DNA of 64,000 nucleotides from Bacteroidota bacterium (GTDB taxonomy: Bacteria > Bacteroidota > Bacteroidia > UKL13-3). The notes beneath the pieces are model-generated. The model searched no databases. It had not been told where the DNA came from and worked only from the letters and a program-made list of their open reading frames with translations. Positions 52,182-61,926 of the stretch are shown piece by piece. The stretch spans positions 124,455 to 188,454 of the forward strand of contig JAZKEF010000012.1 in the NCBI GenBank assembly GCA_040387195.1. The letters are read 5' to 3'. The translations under genes were made by a program, and so were the position numbers. Position 1 is the first letter of the stretch, and each line of letters starts with the position of its first letter.

Positions 52182-53377
52182 TTAGAATGCCCGAATATAA
52201 GAAGCTGCTTGGTTTTTTTATGCTTTGTTTGTTTCAGCCTGCTTTTGCACAGCCCAAAATGATGACGGGCGCGCAGCAGGTTAACAACTACCTACCCTTA
52301 CTCAAAGGAAAAAAAGTAGGGCTTGTGGTCAACCAAACATCCACCATTGGTGCCACTCACCTTGTCGATTCCTTAAAAAAATTATCCGTAAATATCAGGG
52401 CTATTTATGCGCCCGAGCATGGATTCAGGGGCAATCATGGGGCGGGTATCCACATAAAAAGCAGCAAAGATGCCAAAACGGGAGTGAATGTAATTTCCTT
52501 GTACGGCAACCATAAAAAACCAACCAAAGAAGATTTAAAGGACGTGCAGGTTGTGGTGTTTGATATTCAGGATGTGGGGGCACGTTTTTATACTTATATA
52601 TCTACTCTGCATTATGTAATGGAAGCCTGTGCCGAAAACAACAAACAATTAATTATCCTCGACCGTCCCAACCCAAATGGTTTTTATGTTGATGGGCCGG
52701 TACTCGACAAAAAATACCAGTCCTTTATTGGCATGCATCCCATTCCGGTAGTGCACGGCATGACCATTGGCGAATATGCCAAAATGATAAACGGAGAAAA
52801 ATGGTTGAAAGATGGCATTACCTGCAACATCAGCATTATTCCCATGAAAGGATATACGCACAACGACCGTTATGACCTGCCGGTTAACCCTTCACCCAAT
52901 CTTCCAACATCCGAGTCGATTGCCTTGTACCCGAGCTTATGTTTTTTTGAAGGTACCAACTACAGTTTAGGCCGTGGTACCGGCAAACCCTTTGAGTGTT
53001 TTGGCAAACCCGAAAACACCACCGGAGATTATACATTCACCCCAAAAGCCATTCCCGGTGTAGCCGAAAACCCTCCACATAAAAACAAATTGTGCCGCGG
53101 CTATCTGGTAAGTGCATTTGCCAATACCATTCTCAAAAACGAACCACGTATTTACCTCGATTGGCTAATCAGTGTATACCAGGAAGACACATCCAAGGCA
53201 ACATTCTTCACCGATTTTTTTGACAAACTTGCCGGAACCGATGAATTGCGCAAACAAATCACAGAAGGTAAAACCGAAGCAGAAATAAGAGCAAGCTGGA
53301 CACCTGCATTGAACCAATTCAGGGTAACCCGTAAAAAATATTTACTCTACCCCGACTTTGTGTATTTCTATAAATAA
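52163..53377 (+). CDS. DUF1343-family protein (exo-beta-N-acetylmuramidase NamZ-like)
   Basis: Signal peptide; motifs YAPEHGFRGN and DIQDVGARFYTY recalled from the DUF1343/YbbC family. Confidence 0.55.
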   Translation: MKNLNPFRMPEYKKLLGFFMLCLFQPAFAQPKMMTGAQQVNNYLPLLKGKKVGLVVNQTSTIGATHLVDSLKKLSVNIRAIYAPEHGFRGNHGAGIHIKSSKDAKTGVNVISLYGNHKKPTKEDLKDVQVVVFDIQDVGARFYTYISTLHYVMEACAENNKQLIILDRPNPNGFYVDGPVLDKKYQSFIGMHPIPVVHGMTIGEYAKMINGEKWLKDGITCNISIIPMKGYTHNDRYDLPVNPSPNLPTSESIALYPSLCFFEGTNYSLGRGTGKPFECFGKPENTTGDYTFTPKAIPGVAENPPHKNKLCRGYLVSAFANTILKNEPRIYLDWLISVYQEDTSKATFFTDFFDKLAGTDELRKQITEGKTEAEIRASWTPALNQFRVTRKKYLLYPDFVYFYK

Positions 53378-53382
53378 CAACC

Positions 53383-54036
53383 ATGACGGCACAGGTAATT
53401 GCATTGCTTAAAAAAGACCTCACCTCGGAGTGGCGTATGAGATATGCCCTTAATGGCATTTTATTACATGTAGTATCTTCCGTATTCCTGGTTTTTTTAG
53501 CCGTTAAAATATTAAATGCTCCCACCTGGAATGCCTTGTTCTGGATCATCTTATTGTTTTCATCCATCAGTGCAGTAGCCAAAGGTTTTATGGGAGAAAG
53601 CAGGGGCCGCTCGCTGTATTATTATGGCATTGCTTCCCCACAGCAAATCATCATTGCCAAACTTATTTATAACAACATCTTTATGATTGGCATTGCGCTG
53701 ATCTGCTTTTTGGTGTACACCACCCTGTTGGGAAATATGGCACAGTCACCGGGATACTATTTCCTCACCCTTATCCTTGGCTGTATGGGTTTTTCAAGCA
53801 TCTTCACCTTATTATCCTCCATTGCAGCCAAAAGCGGAAATGGACATTTGCTGATGCCTGTGCTCAGTTTCCCGATTATCATTCCATTGCTGCTGGTATT
53901 GATTAAAGCATCCAAAAAAGCGATGGATGGCATTGACACTTCGTTAATCATTCCCGATTTACTAGTGGTGCTGGCCATTAACTTTATTGTGCTGGCATTG
54001 GCTTACTTATTATTTCCTTTCCTTTGGAAGGACTAA
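53383..54036 (+). CDS. CcmB-like heme-exporter-type ABC permease (6 TM)
   Basis: 217 aa; N-terminal LKKDLTSEWRMRYALNG and NALFWIILLFSS pattern resembles Bacteroidetes CcmB. Confidence 0.45.
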   Translation: MTAQVIALLKKDLTSEWRMRYALNGILLHVVSSVFLVFLAVKILNAPTWNALFWIILLFSSISAVAKGFMGESRGRSLYYYGIASPQQIIIAKLIYNNIFMIGIALICFLVYTTLLGNMAQSPGYYFLTLILGCMGFSSIFTLLSSIAAKSGNGHLLMPVLSFPIIIPLLLVLIKASKKAMDGIDTSLIIPDLLVVLAINFIVLALAYLLFPFLWKD

Positions 54037-54054
54037 CCTTAACCCAACACTGTT

Positions 54055-54963
54055 TTGAAAGTTATATTTTTAGGTACTCCCGATTTTTCAGTCCCTTCGC
54101 TCGAAGCCATTATCCAGGCCGGATTTGACGTGGTTGCTGTAGTAACTGCTCCCGATAAACCCGCAGGCAGGGGAATGAAATTGCAGGAGTCGGCCGTGAA
54201 AAAATTTGCGGTTGCGCACCATATCCAGGTATTGCAACCGGTGAAACTAAAGGACCCTGCCTTTATCGAACAACTCCGTGAACTGAAAGCCGATATCCAG
54301 GTAGTAATCGCATTTCGGATGTTGCCCGAGGTTGTGTGGAACATGCCACCCAAAGGTACCATCAACCTACACGCCTCCCTGCTCCCCAACTACCGTGGAG
54401 CCGCTCCCATCAACTGGGCTATCATCAACGGAGAAACGGAAACAGGAGTATCAACGTTTTTACTCAAGCACGAAATTGATACCGGTGATTTGGTATTAAG
54501 TGAAAAGGTAGCTATTCCGGAAAGTATGAATGCGGGCCAATTGCACGATAAATTGATGCAAGTGGGTGCTTCGGTTATAGTAACAAGTCTACAGTTGATT
54601 GAATCCGGCAATTATACCCCCATTCCACAGGGAAGTTCGAGCACCAAAATTGCTCCCAAAATTTTCACGGCCGATTGCATGTTAAACTGGAATGATACCA
54701 GCTTGAACCTCTACAATAAAATTAGGGGCCTATCCCCATATCCTGGCGCTATTACCAGTCTTAACGGTAAAATATTCAAAGTATATGCAGCCGAATACAG
54801 TCTTGAGGAATCAGATTTATCGCCTGGAGAAATGATATCGGATAACAAGCACTTCCTGAAATTCAGAACTCGGGATGGATTTATTTCGACAACCGAAATC
54901 CAACTTGAAGGCAAAAAACGTATGTCTATACAAGACTTCCTTAAGGGATACTCATTAACTTAA
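54055..54963 (+). CDS. fmt: Methionyl-tRNA formyltransferase
   Basis: MKVIFLGTPDFSVPSL; HASLLPNYRGAAPINWAI. Confidence 0.9.
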   Translation: MKVIFLGTPDFSVPSLEAIIQAGFDVVAVVTAPDKPAGRGMKLQESAVKKFAVAHHIQVLQPVKLKDPAFIEQLRELKADIQVVIAFRMLPEVVWNMPPKGTINLHASLLPNYRGAAPINWAIINGETETGVSTFLLKHEIDTGDLVLSEKVAIPESMNAGQLHDKLMQVGASVIVTSLQLIESGNYTPIPQGSSSTKIAPKIFTADCMLNWNDTSLNLYNKIRGLSPYPGAITSLNGKIFKVYAAEYSLEESDLSPGEMISDNKHFLKFRTRDGFISTTEIQLEGKKRMSIQDFLKGYSLT

Positions 54964-55062
54964 CATAGGTTAATGGGGTTTCATATAGCAAAATCCACTA
55001 CTCGTTCAACAGTAAGTGGTATTCCTATAAAAATCTTTACGTTTGTTGTACTGAAAGACGAA

Positions 55063-55251
55063 ATGAAAAAGCACTATTTATCCCTAATATTGTTACTGTT
55101 TACCCTTACAGGCACTTATGCTCAGGATTTACCTCCCGGTGATACCGGTTTATTTGAAGAGGTTCAGGACGTTCCGGTAGATGGAGGGTTAGGTATTTTA
55201 CTGGTAGCAGGCATCGGATACGGAATCAAAAAACTGTACGCCAAAAAGTAA
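55063..55251 (+). CDS. 62-aa secreted mini-protein with an exosortase-type C-terminal sorting signal (candidate XrtF substrate)
   Basis: Signal peptide MKKHYLSLILLLFTLTGTYAQ; about 20-aa acidic mature part; VPVDGG motif + TM helix LGILLVAGIGYGI + KKLYAKK basic tail. Confidence 0.45.
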   Translation: MKKHYLSLILLLFTLTGTYAQDLPPGDTGLFEEVQDVPVDGGLGILLVAGIGYGIKKLYAKK

Positions 55252-55278
55252 CGGTAAAATGTTTCAGACTCAATATAT

Positions 55279-55833
55279 TTGACAGGAAGTACCAAAACAC
55301 TTCCTTTTTTTATGTCCAAGCAGCATCAACTTATTCGTTTTCTATGCATTGTAGGAGTGTTGTGTGGCGCCTGGTTTATAAGCTATGAATTTTTCATCAA
55401 ACCACATGGGTGGGTCGACAGTCAAATTACCCATTGGGTAACAGTTGGTGTAAATCTCATGCTGAACATTACCGGGTATGACTCGCATTATGTAGTATCT
55501 CCTATACCGGGAAATGCCTACCTTTATATTGCTCCTTATGTAAAACCTGTGGTGCGGGTTGGGGCTTCGTGCAATGGACTGGAGTTGTTTGCCCTGTTTA
55601 TGTGTTTCATGATTGCCTATCCCGGAAAAATATCGCATAAGTTGCTGTTCATTTCCATCGGACTCATCATCATTCATATTGCCAATCTGTTCCGCACATA
55701 CTGGTTAGTATTGCTGGCCTATTACCGCTCGCCTTATTATGAACTTTTTCACCGGTATGTTTTAATCTTTTTTATTTACGGTCTGGTGTTTGGATTATGG
55801 ATGCTGTGGGCCAATAAATACAGTAAACGATGA
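55279..55833 (+). CDS. xrtF: Exosortase family protein, XrtF-type (short Bacteroidota exosortase)
   Basis: Polytopic membrane protein with a C-x-G-L active-site-like motif (SCNGLE) and a conserved Arg (FRTYW); the true start may be the internal Met (MSKQH). Confidence 0.55.
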   Translation: MTGSTKTLPFFMSKQHQLIRFLCIVGVLCGAWFISYEFFIKPHGWVDSQITHWVTVGVNLMLNITGYDSHYVVSPIPGNAYLYIAPYVKPVVRVGASCNGLELFALFMCFMIAYPGKISHKLLFISIGLIIIHIANLFRTYWLVLLAYYRSPYYELFHRYVLIFFIYGLVFGLWMLWANKYSKR

Positions 55834-56276
55834 GTCCATCCAAACGAAACGGCTATCTATTATTGGTACTCTTGCTACTCATCAGTCTGGGAAAAGATTA
55901 CATCACTCCCGATTACCTGAATACTCCTTCGGCTGTTTGCCTTAACCCTAATCATCCGTCCTATCTGCCAATTGGCGCATCCCACCTTACCTACCCCTGG
56001 TTTTGGATACATGCGTATCTGTATAGTTTGCTTTTTATCATCATCCCCGCCTGTATTATATACAACTTCTCGTCCAAGGACCTACTCAAACCTGCGTTAT
56101 ATCTGTTTGCAGGAGTTTTTGTATTTGAGTACCTGCTGCTGTTCAGTCAGCAAACCATTGCCGTTAAACATATCCTTCCTAAAATAAACCGGTATTTTCA
56201 TTCTCCACTTATAACCTTATTTTTACTCGCAGCATTTACCCTGTACAACCAGTATGATAAACAAAGTGATAAATAG
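55830..56276 (+). CDS. Exosortase F system-associated membrane protein
   Basis: 148 aa, ~4 TM; ATGA overlap with xrtF. Confidence 0.4.
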   Translation: MSPSKRNGYLLLVLLLLISLGKDYITPDYLNTPSAVCLNPNHPSYLPIGASHLTYPWFWIHAYLYSLLFIIIPACIIYNFSSKDLLKPALYLFAGVFVFEYLLLFSQQTIAVKHILPKINRYFHSPLITLFLLAAFTLYNQYDKQSDK

Positions 56277-58014
56277 CATTACCCATGCTATTGATGTAAA
56301 CGAGAAACCACGAAAGCTGAATAGCCTTGCGTTGTTCAGGGTGCTCTTCTTTTCCCATATACTGTTTACCATTTATTTCACACAGGTTTACAAAGGATTG
56401 ATTTTTGATTCCATAGCAGGCATCACCAAAAACCCTTTTCCGTTTAATACCTTTTTGGGCATCTGGACATTAAGCGCACTGCTGATGCTGATTGGAATGG
56501 GAAGCCGTGTCGCCTCCATCATCAATTATGTTTGTGTGGTGATTTCCTATGAACTTTTTTGGCGCAGCGGAGTACTTTCCTATTATGATGATCTGTTGCT
56601 GATCGGGAGTTTTCTATGCATCTTTTTACCTGTTTCGAAAACCTTTTCAGTGGACGCTTCCCTTAAACGGATTGTTACCGGAAACACCCAACCCGTTTTT
56701 ACATCCCAATTGGTTTATATTTCTTTCATTACACTGTCGCTTGGGCTTATGTATTTCGGTTCGGGTGTTACCAAACTAGTTTCTCCCATCTGGCAAAAAG
56801 GAATTGGCCTGTGGATACCGATGAGCCTTCCTTTTTTTAAGTGGAATGCCATCCCGGGACACTTAGCCGATTTTGAATGGCCGGTAAAGGCACTTAACTA
56901 TATCACCATGGCATGGGAAACATTATTTGTAGCCATGCTGTTCCTCAAACGATTGCGTGCTGTTGCTATTGTAATGGGAATTGTTTTCCATATCGGGATT
57001 GGTTTGTTTTTCCACTTTCCAATGGAGGCCATGGGAACACTCGTATTTTATGCATTGTTTGTCCCTGATAGCTGGTGGGACAGGTTATCGGCTAGGTTGG
57101 AAACGTCAGCAAAAATTGAGGTGTTCATTCCTGAAAACAATATGCTTGCCGCGAGAGCCTGGGCATTCTTAAAAAGTATCGATTTCAGAAGCCGGTTTGT
57201 GCAAACAGCATCACCGTCACATGAATCCATCACACTTGCAACCCCAGCTGTTTTTACCCGGTTGTTAAAAACCTATATTTTCTTCGCTCCTGTAGCATGG
57301 TTTCTACAATCGGGTGCATACCGCGGCATACAGCAATTGGTGAAACAAGCCTTGCCTTCATTGGGAAAAGTTTCCTCCGCACAGGTTCTTACTTATAGCT
57401 TTAAAAGGAGTTTGCTCATTCATTTTATGTTATTCCTTTCGTTGGTTCAATGTTATTTATCAGCCCGACACGTGGTTCGGAAACTTGTAAGTAAGCCTTC
57501 GAGCCACATAGCTCCCGTTTCTTATAGCCAACCTCCCAAAACACTCAATCCATCCTGGCTCACCCGTTCGTTGTTCGGCATTAACGGGCGCGGACTGTTT
57601 TTGGATAATGCACTTGCCATTACCCGAACAGTATATGCCGTAAGGTATACCGACCCTGAAACCCACAGCAGTGTTAGTTTTCCGTATGCAAATGAGAAGG
57701 GCAATGTGGTAAATGATATGCATGTTGACGGAACGGCAAGCCGGCCTTACGCCCATTACATCCAAAAAGGGAATAGCCTCTCGGTAGAAGGCCTGGAAAA
57801 AGTGGTGCGGTACTGGCTCTCCAAAAAACACCAAAAATATACTGATATTCAGTTCTATATCCTGAACCGGACCTACATTCCTCCCGCCCGGTATGAGGCC
57901 GGTTATTGGCATAAAATGGAGGTTTTGCCATGGGATACGGCAGGCACCGCAAGATGGCAAAACGATACTTTTAATTATGTTCCCCACATAAAAGCCATAT
58001 TTTCTGAGAAATAG
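56254..58014 (+). CDS. HTTM (vitamin K-dependent gamma-carboxylase-like) domain membrane protein with a C-terminal soluble domain
   Basis: N-terminal LALFRVLFFSHILF... polytopic region resembling HTTM/SdpB; ~250-aa C-terminal non-membrane domain. Confidence 0.4.
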   Translation: MINKVINSITHAIDVNEKPRKLNSLALFRVLFFSHILFTIYFTQVYKGLIFDSIAGITKNPFPFNTFLGIWTLSALLMLIGMGSRVASIINYVCVVISYELFWRSGVLSYYDDLLLIGSFLCIFLPVSKTFSVDASLKRIVTGNTQPVFTSQLVYISFITLSLGLMYFGSGVTKLVSPIWQKGIGLWIPMSLPFFKWNAIPGHLADFEWPVKALNYITMAWETLFVAMLFLKRLRAVAIVMGIVFHIGIGLFFHFPMEAMGTLVFYALFVPDSWWDRLSARLETSAKIEVFIPENNMLAARAWAFLKSIDFRSRFVQTASPSHESITLATPAVFTRLLKTYIFFAPVAWFLQSGAYRGIQQLVKQALPSLGKVSSAQVLTYSFKRSLLIHFMLFLSLVQCYLSARHVVRKLVSKPSSHIAPVSYSQPPKTLNPSWLTRSLFGINGRGLFLDNALAITRTVYAVRYTDPETHSSVSFPYANEKGNVVNDMHVDGTASRPYAHYIQKGNSLSVEGLEKVVRYWLSKKHQKYTDIQFYILNRTYIPPARYEAGYWHKMEVLPWDTAGTARWQNDTFNYVPHIKAIFSEK

Positions 58015-58037
58015 TCCTGTTTTTTTGACAAAAACCT

Positions 58038-58067
58038 GTTGCAATTCACATATTTTTAGTATGTTTG
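58038..58067 (+). promoter_or_regulatory. Candidate Bacteroidota promoter for rpsA
   Basis: TTG at 58038-58040 and, 19 bp downstream, TATGTTTG (58060-58067), a perfect match to TAnnTTTG. Confidence 0.35.
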
Positions 58068-58100
58068 CCCGCTTTTTTAAGCGAAAGGAGATCAAAAAAA

Positions 58101-59909
58101 TTGACACAAACTAACAACAACTTAACAGCACCAGCAGCTGACTTTGACTGGAGCATGGACAAGGAAGGCTTTAGCCGTTACTCGCCAGCAGAACAAGAAA
58201 CACTTTCAGGATTGTACGAAAAAACATTGAGTACGATTGCTGAAAAAGAAATCGTTAAAGCTACCGTAGTAGGTTTCACCGAAAAAGAAGTAGTGCTTAA
58301 CATCGGATTCAAATCGGATGGTTTGATCCAAAGAACAGAATTCCGCGACACTCCGGATTTGAAAGTAGGAGATGTAGTAGAAGTATTGCTTGAAAACAAA
58401 GAGGACATGAATGGTCAGCTTGTGCTTTCACGCAAAAAAGCCGTGAGCGAACGTGCATGGGAAAACATCATGAAAGCTCAGGAAAATGACGAAATCGTTA
58501 ACGGTTACGTTAAAACCCGCACAAAAGGTGGTTTAGTAGTAGACGTAATGGGTATCGACACGTTCTTACCCGGTTCACAAATCGACACTAAACCTATTAA
58601 GGACTACGATATTTACGTGGGACAAACCATGCCATTCAAAGTGGTTAAGGTAAATCACCAGTTCAAAAACGTAGTTATTTCACATAAAGTTTTGATTGAA
58701 GAAGATATCGAAGCTCAAAAATCTGATATCCTTTCTAAATTGGAAAAAGGTCAGGTATTGGAAGGTACCGTTAAAAACATGACTTCATTCGGTGTGTTCA
58801 TCGATTTAGGTGGTGTTGACGGTTTATTGCATATCACTGATATTTCATGGGGACGTATCAATCATCCGGAAGAAGTATTGAAAATGGATGAGAAAATCAA
58901 CGTAGTAGTACTTGATTTCGATGATGAGAAAAAACGTATCTCTTTAGGCTTGAAACAATTGAGCTCCCACCCTTGGGATAGCTTAAACACCAACCTTGAG
59001 GTAGGTGCTAAAGTAACAGGTAAGATCGTAAACATCGCTGATTACGGTGCATTCCTGGAAATCGCTCCGGGTGTTGAAGGGTTGATTCACGTTTCAGAAA
59101 TGAGCTGGAGCCAACACTTACGTAACCCTTCAGACTTCATGAAGTTGGGTGACGAAATGGAAGCGGTTATTTTGACGTTGGATAAAGACGAGCGTAAAAT
59201 GTCATTAGGCATTAAACAATTGCAACCTGATCCTTGGACTGATATCGCAACTAAATACCCTGTAGGTTCTAAACACAAAGGTGTTGTTCGCAACATGACC
59301 AACTACGGTTTATTCGTTGAATTGGAAGAAGGTGTTGACGGATTGGTTCACGTTTCAGATTTGAGCTGGACTAAGAAAATCAAACATCCGAATGAGTTTG
59401 TGAAAAAAGACCAGGAATTGGATGTAGTTGTATTGGAAATGGACATGGAAAATCGCAGATTAAGCCTTGGCCACAAACAATTGGACGAAAATCCTTGGGA
59501 TACTTTCGAAACTATCTTCACAGTAGGATCGGTACATACCGGAACTGTTATGAAAGTAGATGAGAAGAGTGCAACAATCGCTCTACCTTATGGTGTAGAA
59601 GGTTATGCTCCAATCAAACAATTGACTAAAGAAGATAAAACAATTGCGAAAGAAGATTCAGGACTTGAGTTTAAAGTAACCGAATTCAACAAAGAGAACA
59701 AACGTATCGTGGTTTCTCATACATCAGTATGGAAAGCAGATAACGAAGTGAAAAAAGTTGAAGAAGTAAAAGCTAAAACTGAAGAGAAAGAAAAAACTAC
59801 GAAAGCAGTTAAAAAATCTAACGAATCACAAGAGAAATCAACATTTGCTGACGTAGAAGGTTTAGCAGCGTTGAAAGCTCAATTGGAAAAAGGAAACGAT
59901 AACAACTAA
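58101..59909 (+). CDS. rpsA: 30S ribosomal protein S1
   Basis: Six S1 repeats. Start uncertain: a TTG at 58101 lies 10 nt after an AAGGAG and gives MTQTNNNLTAPAADFDW; the ORF track uses 58065. Confidence 0.85.
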   Translation: MTQTNNNLTAPAADFDWSMDKEGFSRYSPAEQETLSGLYEKTLSTIAEKEIVKATVVGFTEKEVVLNIGFKSDGLIQRTEFRDTPDLKVGDVVEVLLENKEDMNGQLVLSRKKAVSERAWENIMKAQENDEIVNGYVKTRTKGGLVVDVMGIDTFLPGSQIDTKPIKDYDIYVGQTMPFKVVKVNHQFKNVVISHKVLIEEDIEAQKSDILSKLEKGQVLEGTVKNMTSFGVFIDLGGVDGLLHITDISWGRINHPEEVLKMDEKINVVVLDFDDEKKRISLGLKQLSSHPWDSLNTNLEVGAKVTGKIVNIADYGAFLEIAPGVEGLIHVSEMSWSQHLRNPSDFMKLGDEMEAVILTLDKDERKMSLGIKQLQPDPWTDIATKYPVGSKHKGVVRNMTNYGLFVELEEGVDGLVHVSDLSWTKKIKHPNEFVKKDQELDVVVLEMDMENRRLSLGHKQLDENPWDTFETIFTVGSVHTGTVMKVDEKSATIALPYGVEGYAPIKQLTKEDKTIAKEDSGLEFKVTEFNKENKRIVVSHTSVWKADNEVKKVEEVKAKTEEKEKTTKAVKKSNESQEKSTFADVEGLAALKAQLEKGNDNN

Positions 59910-59933
59910 TCGTTGATCTTTTGAATATTTATA

Positions 59934-59967
59934 AAATCCCGGCCAAATTGGTCGGGATTTTTTTTGC
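59934..59967 (+). terminator. Terminator after rpsA
   Basis: AAAATCCCGGCC / AAATTG / GTCGGGATTTTTTTTG. Confidence 0.7.
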
Positions 59968-60023
59968 GCTATTCTGAGCTATCCGTCAAATTGAATTATT
60001 CAAAAAAGAAGTATACTTGAATC

Positions 60024-60434
60024 ATGAATTATTTTCTGGTAAAATCGGAACCCTATAAATACAGTTGGGAGCAGTTTAACAAAGACAAACAAACCGTATG
60101 GGACGGTGTACGCAATTATGCGGCACGTAATAACATGCGGGCCATGAAAAAAGGCGACCTGGTATTTTGGTACCACAGCAATGAGGGTTTGGAAATTGTG
60201 GGCATTGCAAAGGTTTCCAAAGAGTTTTACCCTGACCCAACGGCAACAGAAGGAGATTGGAGTGTGGTGGAGTTAAAACCCTTTAAAAAGCTGAAGAAGC
60301 CTGTTACATTGGAACAAATTAAAGCGGATAAGAAATTACAACAGATGGATCTGGTAAGATTGGGCAGGTTAAGTGTTGGTGTGGTGAGACCTGAAGAGTT
60401 TGATCATATATTAGCATTGGCTGAAACAAAATAA
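60024..60434 (+). CDS. EVE (PUA-like) domain protein
   Basis: 136 aa; YFLVKSEPYKYSWEQ...VWDGVRNYAARNNMRAMKKGDLVFWYHS typical EVE pattern. Confidence 0.7.
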   Translation: MNYFLVKSEPYKYSWEQFNKDKQTVWDGVRNYAARNNMRAMKKGDLVFWYHSNEGLEIVGIAKVSKEFYPDPTATEGDWSVVELKPFKKLKKPVTLEQIKADKKLQQMDLVRLGRLSVGVVRPEEFDHILALAETK

Positions 60435-61007
60435 ATGCCCGATTTATACATTATAGCAGGACCTAACGGAGCAGGCAAAACCACTGCGAGTATGACTATT
60501 TTGCCGGATGTATTACACATTCGTGAGTTTATTAATGCCGATGCGATTGCTGCCGGAATTTCCCCTTTTAATGTTGAGTCGGTTGCCTTTCAGGCGGGCC
60601 GAATTATGCTCGAAAGAATCCAACAACTCATCAATGAAAAGCAGAGTTTTGCCTTTGAAACTACTTTAGCCACCCGATCCTATATCGATTTGGTTAAATA
60701 CGCTCAATCAAAAGGTTATCATGTTACGCTATTGTTTTTTTGGTTACAGAGCCCTGAACTTGCAAAATCACGTGTTGCTACAAGGGTCAAACAAGGGGGG
60801 CATAATATCCCAACTGAAGTAATTAATCGCAGATATATAAGAGGTATAAACAACCTATTCAATGATTTCATACATTTGTGCAACGTTTGGACGATATTCG
60901 ATAACTCAAATACTCATCCGGAATTGATTGCAAAGGGGCTCGGGTCTAATGAAATTGAAATCATTAACGCAGACTCCTTTAAACAACTCAAAAGTTATGT
61001 TAAGTAA
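60435..61007 (+). CDS. Zeta-toxin-like / COG4185 P-loop ATPase-kinase
   Basis: Walker A GPNGAGKTT; 190 aa; start directly abuts the EVE stop. Confidence 0.6.
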   Translation: MPDLYIIAGPNGAGKTTASMTILPDVLHIREFINADAIAAGISPFNVESVAFQAGRIMLERIQQLINEKQSFAFETTLATRSYIDLVKYAQSKGYHVTLLFFWLQSPELAKSRVATRVKQGGHNIPTEVINRRYIRGINNLFNDFIHLCNVWTIFDNSNTHPELIAKGLGSNEIEIINADSFKQLKSYVK

Positions 61008-61164
61008 TAAAGAAGTTGAATTATTAATTGCTAAGATAGATGCTGGTGTTAAACTTGGTGTCCAAAAAGCCCTTGCTAAAATTAAAGCATCCGAAAATCC
61101 TTTAGTGCCTGTTTTGCGTAATGGCAAAGTAGAATGGGTAAACTTGAAAGAGACGAACCAATGA
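60997..61164 (+). CDS. Small 55-aa protein translationally coupled to both neighbours
   Basis: ATG at 60997 overlaps the zeta-like gene by 11 nt; its TGA overlaps the pyrR ATG (ATGA). Confidence 0.35.
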   Translation: MLSNKEVELLIAKIDAGVKLGVQKALAKIKASENPLVPVLRNGKVEWVNLKETNQ

Positions 61165-61700
61165 ACGGAAAAGTAATTCTCGAAAAAAAACAATTCGATA
61201 TCACGCTTGACCGCTTGTGTTTCGAACTTATAGAAAAGCATGGCGACTTTTCCGAAACCGCATTAATTGGTTTGCAGCCGCGTGGCATTTACCTTTCACG
61301 TAGAATCCATGCCCGCATCAGTGAAATTCTGAACACATCAAAAATACTTTACGGAGAACTTGATATTGCTTTTTACCGCGATGATTTTCGCAGGGGCAAC
61401 GAGCAAATTATTCCAAGCGAATTAAAAATGGACTTCAGCGTTCAGGACAAACAAATTGTGTTGATTGATGATGTGCTTTATACAGGTAGAACCATTCGCG
61501 CAGCACTGGATGCTTTAACAGATTTTGGTCGCCCCACCAAAGTAGAATTGCTTGTGCTGATTGACAGAAGATTTAGCAGACACTTGCCGATACAACCCGA
61601 TTATGTTGGCATGGCGGTTGATTCGAGAGCGAATGATAAAGTGAAGGTAGAATGGAAAGAAACATCGAAGAATGACGCGGTGCATATTGTCACGAATTAA
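61161..61700 (+). CDS. pyrR: PyrR: pyrimidine operon regulator / uracil phosphoribosyltransferase
   Basis: PRPP-binding motif VLIDDVLYTGRTIRAA; about 180 aa. Confidence 0.85.
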   Translation: MNGKVILEKKQFDITLDRLCFELIEKHGDFSETALIGLQPRGIYLSRRIHARISEILNTSKILYGELDIAFYRDDFRRGNEQIIPSELKMDFSVQDKQIVLIDDVLYTGRTIRAALDALTDFGRPTKVELLVLIDRRFSRHLPIQPDYVGMAVDSRANDKVKVEWKETSKNDAVHIVTN

Positions 61701-61884
61701 TGTGCAGATGCGCAGATTTGAAAATGTGCAAATGATGAAAAAATTTAGAATTATAAAGCACGAAATTCGAATATAACCGGGTAGGTATGCGATTTATCGC
61801 ACTACATGAAATGATGGGACGATGTGCGAATGAAGGAATGTAGTCAACCGATGTATCGTGTTGATAAAATATAACAAGAAGTAA

Positions 61885-61926
61885 AAAAGCCAACAGCTAA
61901 AAGCCAATTGCCAAAAGCTAACCGCC
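61885..61926 (+). repeat. Three tandem 14-nt units (AAAAGCCAACAGCT / AAAAGCCAATTGCC / AAAAGCTAACCGCC) ending 5 nt before the pyrB ATG
   Basis: Read directly. Confidence 0.7.

Noticed and set aside
57460-58107. 215-aa minus-strand ORF
   Set aside because: Antisense to the 3' half of the HTTM gene and to the rpsA promoter; no supporting features.
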